From the NCBI GenBank assembly GCA_051294375.1, contig CM119263.1, positions 25,387,367 to 25,451,366 on the forward strand: a DNA stretch of 64,000 nucleotides. Direction: 5' to 3'. Origin of the DNA: Paraspadella gotoi. Taxonomy: Eukaryota > Animalia > Chaetognatha. The position numbers and the translations under genes are program-made. Positions within the stretch are counted from its first letter, which is position 1. Each line of letters starts with the position of its first letter. The notes beneath the pieces are model-generated. The model ran no database searches. It saw only the letters and a list, made by a program, of their open reading frames with translations, and was not told where the DNA came from. This document shows positions 40,083-53,045 of this stretch, one piece after another.

Positions 40083-43000
40083 ATGAACGGCGTAACGAAA
40101 TCTCTGTCTTACCTGTCGGTGAATTCCGCCATCGACGAAGTAAAAGAAAGAACTGAATCGAATTTTTTCGACGAAAAACCCATCGCCAATGGCAACCACC
40201 AAAACAACAACAAAGGTCAGTCGTTTATTCAATTCACTTCGCTTATATTAACATTAATAATGGATCACGATTTAAGGAACTCAAAATTTTCGTTTCTCAA
40301 TTTAAATAAACGAAGGAACAGGATAACAATGTATAAAAAATATTTACCATTTCGACGATAATATTAGGCCTCATCCAGCCTTCGAAATCTTACCCTCCCC
40401 GATTGAAATTTCCAGCCCCACCCGCCGATATGCGATGCGGTTACTTCGGCCTCCGCCCCTCTTGCCTTTCCTGCCTCACCAACTCCCGCGCGCTGCTGCT
40501 CGCCCTCTCTGCCTTTTCCGTCCTGCAGGGACTCGTGTGTCACGGGTTCATCAAAGTCACAATCACTTCGCTGGAGAGAAGGTGATCATGAAAAAAAAAC
40601 GTTGAATGAGACAGGAAAAGTATTTTCTATCAAGCTTTAATCAATCTTATGTATTAATCTACCAATCAATTGTATCAATCAATATGACAGGCAATTTTAT
40701 TAATCCCTGGAGGGAAGGTATCAATAAAAAAGGGTGAATGAAACTTGAAAAAATATTATATATGAATCATTCAATCAGTCAAACCTATCATTCAATTAAT
40801 CAATAAATATATTAATAAATCAATTAAATCAATCAATCAATAAAAAAATATTAAAATTAATCATTCAATCAATCAAGAGTGAAAGAAACAGTAATAATGA
40901 TATCACTCAATAAATCATTCAATCCATCGTTCCCATTAATCAATCAAAAGCACAAAATCAACACAAACAAAAAAAATCATTCAGTAAATTAATTTACTAA
41001 TGCGTTGTATCATGTACTTTTGAATAAATATTTAAATTTTACGCTTAATATGCCTCTTACCGATCTCTCCCGCCCAACTAAACCCGATCCCATGCATTCC
41101 AGCTGACGTCCTCCCAGGCCGGGTTTATCTCGTCCTCTTACGACCTGGCCGCGGTCTTCGTGACCTTACCGCTCTCCTTCCTGGGGTCGAAGGGCAACCG
41201 ACCCGTTTATCTCGCGACGGCGGCGGTGATGGTCGGATGCGGCTCCTTCGTCTCTTGCCTCCCGCATTTCGTCACCGGCGTTTATCGGTTCGGGGAATTC
41301 GACGACGATTCCTGCGCCGGAAACGGTGAGGCTTCCGCCTATCAATCAATCAATTAAACAATCAATTAACCGTTTAATCGGTTAATCGATTAATAACGTA
41401 AGTCGTACGTAATTTAATCGTTCAATCGTTGGTACTAAAATACGTAACTTAAGTAGTTTTTTTTTATTAGTCCTTCAATCGGTACCGTAAATCAGTTTTT
41501 CAATCAACCAATCAATCACCTTTTGAAATCAGTCAATCAATCGTTCAAACTATTAATTATTTTGTCAATCAATAGATCTATCAATAATCAATCAATCAAA
41601 TGATAAATGAGTCTATAAAGTAATCAGTTAAGCTAATGTTAAATCAATCAATCAATCAAACAATCAATCGATTTACCGATTAATCATGTTACAATCTAAT
41701 AGTATGTACTAATCTGTTGATACACTATGATACACGATACACTAATCAAACAGCGTCTTTCCCCTCCCGCGACAGCCTCCGCAGCTTCGACGACCGAGGC
41801 CCCCGAGTTGATCGCCGTCCAGTCCAACCTGGGCATCTTCATCGTGGGTCAGATCCTTCACGGGCTCGGAGGCACCATCCTCTACACGGTGGGGACGTCC
41901 TGGCTCGACGAGAACGTCTCTACTAAGATGGCGCCCGTGTTTCTGGGGATCCTCGCCGGGTGCGAGGCGCTTGGTGAGTATTTTTTTGGAGTTGTGATAT
42001 GAACAATTTGAACATGATACTAGTACTATAATAGTGAAGCCAGCCGCACTGGGAGTTAAAAAAAAACTGGACTGTGAGAGAATTCTGATTTAAAGCTTGT
42101 AGGATCCTACTATCCTACTATCTTTTAGGAGGGATAAACCCCTTTAATAAATCTAGTTAAACTGAAGATTGTAAGACAACATTTGTGTCAGTAAACTAGT
42201 TTTTATTATTTAATTGTCAGGCGCAAATATTTATCGCTACTCAAATTCTAACTTTACACGCCGTTCGCCCCTCTCTTCCCTCCAGGCCTGGCGACAGGGT
42301 TCCTCGGCGGCGGCAAGCTTCTCGACTACTGGGTCGACGTTGACGTCGTCGACGCCTCTACCCTGACCATCACCCCCAAGGATCCTCGCTGGGTCGGCGC
42401 CTGGTGGATCGGCTTCATTCTCTCCGGCTGCATCGCCTTCGTCCTCGCCTTCCTCATCGGCGCCTTCCCGCAGGAGCTTCCCCAACAGAAGGAGATTCAG
42501 AAGGTTGGGGGGTGGGTGGAGATGGGAAGGTAGGTTGATTGTAGGGTTGGGTCGGATGTAGGAGCGGAATTGGGTGGGTGGTTAGAATGTCCAGGGTTTC
42601 TGAGTCATGTGGGTCTGGTCGGGAATTCAATATAAACGAAAAGGGTGGAAAAAGAGCTTAGTTTCTGTTGCTCTGGCGTTTTGCAGCAATTTAACGCTGT
42701 TCGCATCTTTTTCTAAACTTCTCCGTCTTAACCCACTCCGTCTTTTCCTTCAGCAACGCTCAATCTGGCGCACGCGGACGGCGCGGAGAAGATCACGGAG
42801 GCGGCCGACTTCGGGCATTCGTTGAAGGATCTTCCCGTCGCCGTCAAACTCATCCTCCGCAATCCCGTCTTTGTCCTAGTCTCCTTGGGAACGGCGCTCA
42901 ACTACTTCCTCATCCTCGGGTCTCTCCACATTCCTGCCAAAGTTCTTTCAAGTGAGGAGATTTTGTAGATGGACAATTAAGGTTTTGTCGTTTTGAACGT

Positions 43001-45868
43001 ACTAATAGGTTCTCACTCACGGCGTAAATTGAAAGGGGGAATAGAGAAACGGGGAAAAAGAAAAAAGCGTTAAGTTTAATCTAATTTTTATATATTTTTG
43101 TATTTTGTTCCTACATAAGCCTAAGGGATTTTCTCTACTTTTTATTACACTGAATATTAGTATTTTTTTAATTCACAAGACAAGTAACATATATACTATA
43201 TATAGTATGTGATAAAAAGATTTCATAGTAATTTCTCTTTCNNNNNNNNNNNNNNNNNNNNNNNNNNNNNNNNNNNNNNNNNNNNNNNNNNNNNNNNNNN
43301 NNNNNNNNNNNNNNNNNNNNNNNNNNNNNNNNNNNNNNNNNNNNNNNNNNNNNNNNNNNNNNNNNNNNNNNNNNNNNNNNNNNNNNNNNNNNNNNNNNNN
43401 NNNNNNNNNNNNNNNNNNNNNNNNNNNNNNNNNNNNNNNNNNNNNNNNNNNNNNNNNNNNNNNNNNNNNNNNNNNNNNNNNNNNNNNNNNNNNNNNNNNN
43501 NNNNNNNNNNNNNNNNNNNNNNNNNNNNNNNNNNNNNNNNNNNNNNNNNNNNNNNNNNNNNGCGTCGTCATCAACCGTCTCAAACTAAAAGTAAAGTAAC
43601 AGTATATTTTTTCATTAAAAAAAAAAACTTTAAAAATATGGCTAAACAAATGATCATGCAACTTTCGTAGTAATAGTTATATATACTTATATATATTTAT
43701 GTATACTCTGGGAGTGAATAAACCAGACTGTGAGAGAGTCTTAATTGAAAGCTTGCAGGGACCTGCTATGTCATTAACTTGTAAGAGTGATGGAGGCACC
43801 AAAGTCTGTCCAAAGTCAGGGGCAAGATAGCTTATTTAATAAATGAATGGATAATTTTTATATTGGTTGTACCAATTTCATAGTAATAGTAGAGTTTCGG
43901 ACCAAATCCGCCTTGAACGCCACGCCTATCTTTTTCCAATAATTTAGGTACGCGGCATGCTGAGAATGACGCTGACGCTCGCCGTCACCAACGCCATCTT
44001 CTGCGCTGCCTTTTGGTTTACGTGCGAGAAAAACCCGTTGGCCGGCGTCACCGTCGCTTACGACAACGGGACGAGAAAGTAAGTTTGCGAGTTAAGGTGA
44101 GGTCGGGTAAGGATCGCAGACCGCTCATCTTCCATTCCCCACCATTCGTCAATCTTTCACACCAGCTACTCCCTCGATCTCTCCCCACTCGCGCCGCAAA
44201 GCATCGATCTGTCGGCGTCCTGCAACGCCGGCTGCGGTTGCGACAAGTCACAGTTTAATCCTGTTTGCGGCGCTGACGGGATCGACTATTTCTCGCCGTG
44301 CCACGCCGGCTGCCAAGTCGCTGACAGAAATGCCGACGGAAGCATGGCGGTGGGTCATGGAAAAACGTTATAAAATTAATGGCAAAAATTATAAATTATA
44401 TTTATTCGTTTGAAAATAAAAGAAAATAAATAAAATAGATTTAATCAAATTAAAGGTTGCCAAAACAATTAATCTTGAAGTGAATGAAGAAAAAAAGACA
44501 ACTTCAAAACAAGTGTTATTCAATTATTTATTCATTTATGTCTTTATTTATTTATTTATTTATCTATTTATCATATTTATCAGAACTACACCAACTGCGC
44601 CTGCATCTATACCTCCCGTCTCCCCGCCGCAGCCGCAGCTCCTGCAGAGGCGCCTTTAGGGGCCGGTTTCGCGCTTCCCGGCCGCTGCGCCAATTCCAGC
44701 TGCTGGACGGTCTGGATCGTCGTCGCCCTCTTCCTCTTCCTCATGCTCTTCCACTTCTCCAGCGACACCGCTTCCGATTTCATTGTGCTCAGGTTTAGTT
44801 GAAAGAGATTACTGACTAAAAATAAAAGGTCAACAAATCAATCAATGGTAACACTTAAGTCATACTTATAAAATATTGTAAAAATTCTTTCTCAGTCAGT
44901 GAATTTACAATCTCGAGCCTCGTATTTCTTCTGTATAAAAAGATTATCTATCAGGTACACCCTGGTAACTTAATTTAACCTAAAAAAAAAGGGAAAAAAT
45001 TAGTAAGAATTTCAATTTCTAAACAATTTCTATAAGAAATTCTAACATCTTCCCCAGATCTATCCCGGACAGTCAACGAGCCTTCGGCCTCGGGATGCAG
45101 CTGACCTTCGCTCGCATCTTTGGCTCGATCCCGGGTCCCGTCGTCTTCGGGTTCGTCATAGACAACACGTGCATCTTGTGGCAGTCGACAGAGGACGGTT
45201 CCGGTGAGTCGGAAAAAATGTCGATCCAAGTTTTTTAATGCAAACATGAGGTGTAAAAGAAGGATCACGACCAAAAAAAAAAAACACTACGAGTAACAAA
45301 AAGTTTGAACAAAAATTATTTTATGAGCGTCAAATCCCATCCTTAGGTTCGTGTTGGTACTACAATTCGTACAAATTAAGAATGTCCATGTTTCTGCTCG
45401 TCCTCGCCATCAAAGTTGTCACGGGTTAGATTCACAAACACAAAAGTAAAATTTTATCTTTTTATGGAGCGAAATATTTCTCTTACCTTTTGTTGATTTC
45501 ATCTTAGCGCTCTTCTACGTGGCTGGAACGATGATGTACCGCCCTCCAGCGGAGGAATCGACAAATCGACGGAGAACAAAAAGTGGCGGAACAATCACGA
45601 GCGTTCGTTCCCAACCCGACAGGCTTGATAGTTACCTCAAAGTTCCGCAGTCCGAACCATTCCAGAAGGTGATACAATAACGACTCTTTTAAATCTCTTC
45701 GTTTCGCAGTTTCTCACTGTGACCACGATCGAGCTTCTTCAGATTTCTAATCATTTTTTCAACCAATTGGCTTCACAGGTTCCTTCTGCGCCTCAACTGG
45801 AAGGAATGGACGGGACGTTGGAAATGAGTCCGTTGAAGGAAAAGACTTTGTCTACGCCAGGAATTTGA
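40083..45868 (+). CDS. Organic anion transporting polypeptide (OATP/SLCO, SLCO4A1/4C1-like); exons 40083-40215, 40416-40581, ~41096-41325, 41776-41973, 42286-42503, 42754-42951, (gap)-43590, 43948-44078, 44166-44349, 44584-44792, 45058-45203, 45347-45424, 45508-45668, 45779-45868
   Basis: CGYFGLRPSCL..ITSLERR; FQLTSSQAGFISSSYDLA; LPHF; GQILHGLGG..WLDENV; OATP signature DPRWVGAWWIGFIL; Kazal-like SCNAGCGC..FNPVCGADGIDYFSPCHAGC..NYTNCACI; RIFGSIPGPVVFGFVIDNTCILWQ..GSCWYYN. One exon is mostly hidden in the N gap, and exon 6 has two compensating indels. Confidence 0.93.
40630..41700 (+). repeat. Degenerate (AATC)n intronic microsatellite tracts
   Basis: Repeated aatcaatcaatc in OATP introns 2 and 3; the complementary (TTGA)n occurs at ~50840-50970. 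Confidence 0.8.
42047..42110 (+). repeat. Diverged partial copy of the interspersed repeat family
   Basis: actgggagttaaa...ctggactgtgagagaattctgatttaaagcttgtaggatcct resembles the 5' part of 43705-43882. Confidence 0.6.
43705..43882 (+). repeat. Interspersed repeat family, copy in OATP intron
   Basis: Near-identical to 31567-31729, with an added 5' segment actctgggagtgaataaacca. Confidence 0.85.
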
Positions 45869-47573
45869 ATTTTGTGATTGACCAAATTTTGTTGAATCGA
45901 AATGTGGTGAATCGTGAGAACAGTTAAATCTTCGTTCGTGGGCGAAACCAATGCATTAAGATTAGATTCTGGTTTTCCAAAATTGTTTTCGATACGGGCT
46001 GCTTTATAATTTTATTAATGAAATATGTAAAGAGCTAAAATTTTTAATGGAAGAAACGACAATCACAGCTCCCAAAATAAGTTTTAATGCTTGAAACTTA
46101 ATCGGCAATGCCAATTCTGCATCAGGAGTATACAGTTAATATTCTTAATTTTTAGAAAGTAATTAATAGCGAATATAATATATAAAAGCCTGGTAGACAT
46201 CGAATAAACTAAAAACCAGTGACTGAGAATTCGAGGCCAAACAAGAAAGAAAAAGGTTACTCATGTTCGATTCCGGGTATTCATTGTTGCCTACACCTTT
46301 GTTTTATGGTTTTATTGCATGTATTTAAACGTATAAAAAATAATCAATTCGGTATATCCCATCGAGATCATTAAAGCCACTTTTATTTCTTTGTCCGTGA
46401 ATTTCACCCAATAATTTTTTAGACGATTTTGCTCACTCTCCCTCGTTTCTTTTGTTTCTTTTTTCCGCCCAATTGTTGATACATTTTTCTTGAACTTTTG
46501 TTGTACTTTATTATAAAATTATAGGTATTGATTGTGCGACATCTGTGTTATTGTTTTTTTATCTTTGTAATAAAATTATTTTGAAATTAATAGAATTCCA
46601 AGGATTTCTACTCGTTCATAAAGTGTATTTCTTGAATTTTTTGAAATAGTTGTTAAAGGGGCGTATTCTTTTGTGTTCTTTTGTCTCCGACCTCGAAGAA
46701 AGACAGACAAAATAAAGAAGACTTCTATTGTAATTTATGTGAGTCTTGTTAATGATTTGAGAAAGGGGAAACAATACCCTTTTGGGCTTTCGCGTCCGGG
46801 CGGTCCGACCTTTCGAAAGAACTCATGAGTCATGGGAACAAGAAATTGATTTGAATCTACTCGAGAAGCCAGAAAGAACAGTAAGGAACGAGAGACGCGA
46901 GACAAAAGAAGAAGGGATATGAATAGATACAACTTGATGAAAAAAGCTTAATGGAATCCTCATTCTTATATACTTTTATTTAATACTCAATACTTAATAC
47001 TCATCTAAATTTTCTTTAATGGTGAAAACCATAGCGTGCGCGGGACGTTGTATTAGGTACTACTTATTTGTTAGACATCTAACATTCTGTTTTGTATTCC
47101 TTTCTCTCCATAATACTATCCATAATACTGGGGACACTGACACTCATTTTCGGGGCGCTACATTTAAATATAGACCGGTCAATATCAAGAAGAAAAAACC
47201 GAAGCCTGACTGAATGAAAGGCATAGAACATTGTATTGATTAAGGCAAAGAAAGACAATAACTGAAGCCGGATGAATGAATGAAGTTTTGCAGACGATAT
47301 TGATGGAAAACGAAACGAAGCCAGTTTTCTAAAATGGGACAAGACGAACAAAACCCATATAAAGACGGTCTGTTTTTCTCCGTTTAAAATCGTTTTCCAT
47401 TTTCTAAGTTCAACATCGTCAAATTTCTTCGACAAAAAGTAATTGGTCCAGAAGTTTTCTTTTTTTTCAAAAACGTTGATATTATCAACACGAATTTTTT
47501 TTAGCGTATTTGTTTCGATACAATTCCTTCAATTAAACAAACTTCCAAAAATAACTCCTTCGCACATATCGAC

Positions 47574-49510
47574 ATGTCGAAGAACATGAATGAGCAACCC
47601 CAAGCCGAACCAACGGATAAGGATACGTCCTCGGAGGCGACTGAAGAAATCGATCCAACCGTCAAGCAAACTGCGGAGGCGCTTCTTTTCTTCGCCCGAA
47701 ATTTCGCCAGAAAATATGCGGAGGCGAACAATCGTCTCCAGCTGCCACATCATCCGGGTACTTCTTCCCAACTGCCATCTCCGGCGACTTCCGACCGGTC
47801 GTCGACTTCTGCAGCGGGGCTTCCTTTGCGGACCGATCTTCCTACCAACCTGACCTCTTACGAGATCGAGGAGATTCGAGATTTCTCCTGCATCTACTTC
47901 TCGGGAGCTCCACGACTCAAGAAGTACACCCACTTTGGCAAGGATCCTAACCACCAGTTCGATACCCCCGGAGGTTTCTACAAGTATCTGTCGGGCGACC
48001 ATATTCTTTACAGATACGAAGTCTTGGAAGCGTTGGGTAAGTTGGGTATCGAGAAAGAGTGGTTGAATTTTTAGAATGTTACGCCGCGAATAACAGGTCC
48101 TTACTTTTAAATGCACTCAACTCTTGTAATAAATAATCATTTTTACTTAAAATCTTAGATTTACTTCTAATACCAAGTAAAAAGTAATGTCGATACCACT
48201 TTTACTTTTCCATTGGTGAGTTTCAGTATGTGGCCTTGTATTTAGGAAAAGGCAGCTTCAGTCAGGTTCTCGAAGCCTACGACCACAAAGAGGGCCGTCG
48301 CGTCGCCCTCAAGATTTTGCGCAAAACCAAGAAGATGGAAAATCAAGTAAAGCGTGAAATCCACATCCTTAAAAAGTTGGCGAATAATGATCCTCATGAC
48401 GAGATCGACATCGTCCGGATGCACGGGGATGGCTTCTTCCGAGGCCACGCGGTCATCGTTTTCGAACTTCTCTCCTTCAACCTCTACAAGCTGCTCAAGC
48501 GCAGCGATTTTCGAGGACTTCCAATCCGCATTGTTCGCCAAATGGCTTACAGGATTTTGGAAGTCCTACGATTTTTACACTCCAATGAGGTCGTCCACGG
48601 AGACCTCAAGCCGGAAAACGTCTCGCTAAAGGTAAGTTCAGAGTTTAATATACGTAGTTAGAATTCGTTGACCGACTTATTAACTAATTTAAAACGATAA
48701 ATTCTCTCTTATTCGTTACCTCTGGGAATCTGTTTTTATTTAGACAAGAAGGGGAGGTCACTTCTAACTGCATGAAAGAAAACAGAGTTTGTTACTTCTT
48801 TATCTTTACAACAGCTCGATGGCCGTGGACTGAAAGTCATTGACTTTGGAGCCTCAACCTCCACTACCACCAGCCACTATACTTACATCCAGTCCCGGTT
48901 CTACCGCGCTCCTGAAGTTATTCTGGAATTAGAACACGGCCCACCAATCGACATGTGGTCCTTCGGGTGCCTACTGGCCGAGCTATTAACCGGCCAACCA
49001 CTGCTACCGGGGGTCACCGAGTACGATCAATTGGCGCTGATGATGGAGCTGCGCGGCCTGCTGCCCTACTACATGCTTGAGGATTCGAAAAAAAGAGAAA
49101 AATTCATGCGCAAAAAAAACTCGCCTCTCTATTGCACATTGGTTTGCCGATGCGGAGATGTCATCTGTAGAAGCGAACACGACAAAGACTCGAACGAAAA
49201 CTCGTGTCTCTGCGCATGCGCGCCGTGCCGATGCGACAAACGACATCCGTGCCGCGGCGGCGAACTCGGATTAACAGGAAGCAACAACAAGGAAGGAAAG
49301 TGGCGCGGACCGCCGGGGACCAGATCATTAGAAAAGGCTGTTAACGGAAAGGGGCAAAGCGAGATGTTAGATCTGATCCGACGGTGTCTCGACCTCGACC
49401 CCTGGATGCGCATGACCGCTATGGAAGCACTCAAACATTCCTGGTTCCGTTCTATGAGTGAGGAAGAGAAGAACGGTGATGTCATTTTAGACGTGGCGTT
49501 TTCGATTTAA
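47574..49510 (+). CDS. Class-2 DYRK dual-specificity kinase (DYRK2/3/4-like), divergent, 514 aa; exons 47574-48036, 48246-48631, 48815-49510
   Basis: NAPA-like LTSYEIEEIRDFSCIYFSG; DH-box-like FDTPGGFY...DHILYRYEVL; GKGSFSQV; VALKILR; FRGHAVIVFELLSFNLYKLLK; HGDLKPEN; KVIDFG; activation loop YTYIQSRFYRAPEV; IDMWSFGCLLAEL; RGPPG. Introns are GT-AG and phase-consistent. Confidence 0.93.
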
Positions 49511-50660
49511 CTGCTTGAGCTTGACTACCGCTCAACCATGTTTTAATTAAATTTTTACTGCTTGAATATAAGATTTGTTTCAAACGTTGTTTTGTTATCG
49601 CAACAAGCTGTACTGTTTTTATCTATGCTTCATAGTATGGAATAAACATTGTTTATTAAACAACACTTTATTTTCTAAAAAATAATAACATCTATCACCC
49701 AATTGAATTGTGCAACATCAGATACAGAAGGCAAGGCAAAACTTTTAAGATCCTAAAAGACTAGTATTTCATGACAATGTATGTACAATTTTTAAAAATT
49801 ATTAAAAAAGTGTATCGCGCTAAAAAAAATAAAAATTGCAGCGATTACTGTCGATTAAATCGAAATGTGGGTTTTTACTTCGAACAGTAAAAAAAATTAT
49901 TCAAAACCCAATTTTTAAAGAAATTTAAAAAAAAATCCAAAGAAATTCTGACCTACTGCGTATATAACGTTTGGAAGAGAGAAGCCTTAAATAATGATAA
50001 TCAACCCAGGGTTAAGAAATAGCAAATGCGGCATATAAAGTAATTCTACAAGCCTATTTTAAAAGATTTCTTTCTTTAGTGGGGGTAGAAAGTTTTTGTC
50101 TAAAAATTTCGACACAGCCATAGATAACTGGCGGTAAAAATGGTAACGCCATAAGTATTTACCATAATAACGATATTGATAACGATATCTCTCATTAAAT
50201 GATTAATCATTAAGATTAAAGTGATTTGAACAAAAAAATATATAAATTAAAAAATCAGAAAAAACTAGATAAAATCGATGAGCGCAAGGCACTTACGACG
50301 CGACGTCTGTTGCAAAAACAGTAAGCAACCAACGAACGAAGAACAACAATATTAATATATGAAGATCGGAAAAAGGAAGGCACGATCGACGCCCAGTTGT
50401 TTTCAAAAAGTTTGTGGACTAGTGGCCAAGCTTGAGACTCGCGGGCAGAGAAGACCGAAGGGGATTCGTTTCGATGGGATTTAATACCTCCTTGATCGGA
50501 GATGACGATCGATAGAAATAGAGTAAGGCTGTGGGCACAAAACAGAGTAAAGGGAAGTTTATAATGAAATCTTTGATACTATTGTTTGGAATAGAATAAA
50601 AATTAGAGAAAGCGAATGTCCAGGGAAAAAAGCGTTCTAGGCGTAAAAAAAAAAAAAAAA

Positions 50661-50763
50661 AAGTTTGAGCAAACAATGCCGGATCTGCCCACGATCATTA
50701 GCAGTAATTAATTAATCAATTATTTAATTAAATAATTATCTTATCAGTTGTTTGCTCAAACTT
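50661..50763. repeat. 16-bp perfect inverted repeat
   Basis: aagtttgagcaaacaa ... ttgtttgctcaaactt. Confidence 0.7.
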
Positions 50764-50984
50764 GTTTTTAGGTCTTTTTGTCAGGTTATTAACCACAAGA
50801 AAAGCAACGTCGACGATGATGGCGACGACGACGATGTTAACATTGATTAATTGTTTGATTGAATAATTGATTGATTTAATGACTGATAAGTTTATTAAAT
50901 GATAAATTAATTAATTAATTAATTAATTGAATAATTTATTATTTAATTGATTGAGTAATTGGTTAATTGATTACAGAAGGCTTC

Positions 50985-51499
50985 ATATTATAAAATGAGG
51001 TACCCCTTTCTTGTGACCAGAACACGTTCCGAAAAAACTACTGGACCAAATTATATTTGACCCCTGAGCCGATATTTGGGGTCCCGGATGCTCACTTTTT
51101 AAAAAAAACTTTTCAGTATTTTTGTTTTGATCAGTTGCATAGACGTTTATTAACGCATTTATTACCTCAAAAATATTAGTTTATCTTAATTTTCAGCTTC
51201 ATGAACATCAGCGGTTCACGTCAGATTTGGAATAATTTGAGAAAATTGGAAGTAAAACGATGAACTTAAAACCATGCTTAATTATTGAAAATTTATCAAT
51301 TTTTGTTCTAAAATATTTTTTATGTTTAAAACTTCAATGCACCTGAGACTACTAAAAAATTTTCTTGTCAGGGGTTGAAAATCAAAATTCGCCTCGATAG
51401 TTCCATTTATATTGTCATTAGAACTCTAAATGACAAATTTCATGAAATTCGAACGGGTACAAAAAAGTCACAAAAAAGAGGTACCTCATTTTTTAATAT
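50985..51499. mobile_element. Non-autonomous DNA transposon (MITE), ~515 bp
   Basis: Imperfect ~33-bp TIRs: left atattataaaatgaggtacccctttcttgtgac; right, as reverse complement, atattaaaaaatgaggtacctcttttttgtgac. No internal ORF. Confidence 0.8.
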
Positions 51500-51739
51500 C
51501 AATAATAATACAACTTGCATTTTTATTTCATATAAAAAGAAAAAAGCATAATCAAATGGTGAAACTGTTTCACTATCATATCATTAGCGGTAAGAAGCTA
51601 ATCAGATAATAAATTATTTAATTAAAAAAGAATTATTTAATTAAAAAAAAAGCCTGATCAATTAATAAACAGGTTTTTTCCCATTTAAACTCATTTTCAC
51701 TTGGACAATTCCATTTATTAATAAATCCATGAATAAAAA

Positions 51740-52020
51740 TAAGAAAGAGTAGATATGACTTATATATATTACTTATTTCCATTTGCTCGATTCCATCGAA
51801 ACTTTATATTTAGCTCAATCACACCCTTCACCACACCCACACAAAATTTCATTCCAATCCATCCATCCAATCCAATGCTAACGGACGGATGGACGGACGG
51901 ACGGACATAGTTTTTTTTTGGTTGCATAATATATCATAATTCGATGTTCTGACATGATTTAAGTTGCTTACCGATAAGACTTTAAGGTGGGACTGACGGA
52001 CCGACAAAGTGAATTAAAAA
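51740..52020 (+). mobile_element. Possible Helentron-associated (HINE/DINE-1-like) non-autonomous element
   Basis: caaaatttcattccaatccatcc is followed by a (GGAC)n tract and a 3' end aaagtgaattaaaaa. This layout is typical of invertebrate HINEs; the boundaries are uncertain. Confidence 0.4.
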
Positions 52021-52299
52021 CTTCAAAACTCAAACAGGAATTTTAAATAGATTTAATGGCATCTATACAGTAATTCAAGATAATAATGGACTGCTCCTTA
52101 ATCATTAACGGCTGCTTTATTCCGGATATGATTACAGTCACTCCCAGTTTGAAAAAAATAATTCCAGAGGGCGTTTTGCTCGATGATTTATTAATATAAT
52201 TGTGTAATTGTTGAGATTTCAAAAGTAATTTTTATAAGCGAAAGGGAGAAAAAGGCATGCCTCGTTTCAAACTTTCGCGATCTAATACCGGATTTGCGG

Positions 52300-52961
52300 T
52301 CAGTTTCGGCGTCCTCTCTGCGTCATGACGGGTCAAAACAACAAAAGGACAGACCAGTAAATAAATTAGGTAATTGATTTTACCAATCATTATCAACCAA
52401 ACCCTAACACAAATGATTACCGATTTCCTGGCGGTGGACTCGTCCTTTCTCAGGCCGGAAAGGTAGTGTCTGTTGATTCTAGACAACGAGGACGGCGGCA
52501 ACGCGCTGGATAGAGTCGGGTCTGAAAAGTCAACAGGAATAAACAATCAAAATCAATTGTCAACTTGACTGGCAGTTGATGTCCCGCGGAAAATAGTCAA
52601 TAAATTCAGAAAACGGGGCGAATAAGTAGCTAAAATTAAAATAAATTTAATTTTAAAACTACATTCCGCGTTCTTCAAAATTTTAGGAAGTTCTTGTTTG
52701 ACAAAGAATTTCTACTTTGATACTACGTACAGTACAGAAATCATGAAATGGTATTTTTTTCACAGCAACAACAATCGACTGAGAGAATATTCTATTAACG
52801 TCAACATATTTATATAAAATGTGAACATCACTTACTACTAGTTGTGCGTTTCAGTTTTCCTGTTAAAAAATTAAAAAAAGAAAGAAAAAGAAAAAAATTA
52901 AAATATGAAATAAGAAAAAAAGAAAGAAAAAAAGAAAAAAAAATAAAGAAAGAAGGAAGGA

Positions 52962-53045
<84 letters not shown>

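Noticed and set aside
40075-40085. AG directly before ATG (spliced-leader trans-splicing?)
   Set aside because: A candidate cis donor exists upstream (aac|gtaggt at 39240), so ordinary 5' exons explain it.
41090-41100. Apparent non-canonical acceptor (catgc|ATTCCAG) for OATP exon 3
   Set aside because: A 2-nt deletion from catgcag|attccag explains it. The same gene has other indel errors, so a sequencing error is more likely than GT-GC splicing.
42754-42951. Compensating frameshifts in OATP exon 6 (pseudogene or recoding?)
   Set aside because: All other exons and family motifs are intact, and the exon sits next to a gap in an indel-prone assembly.
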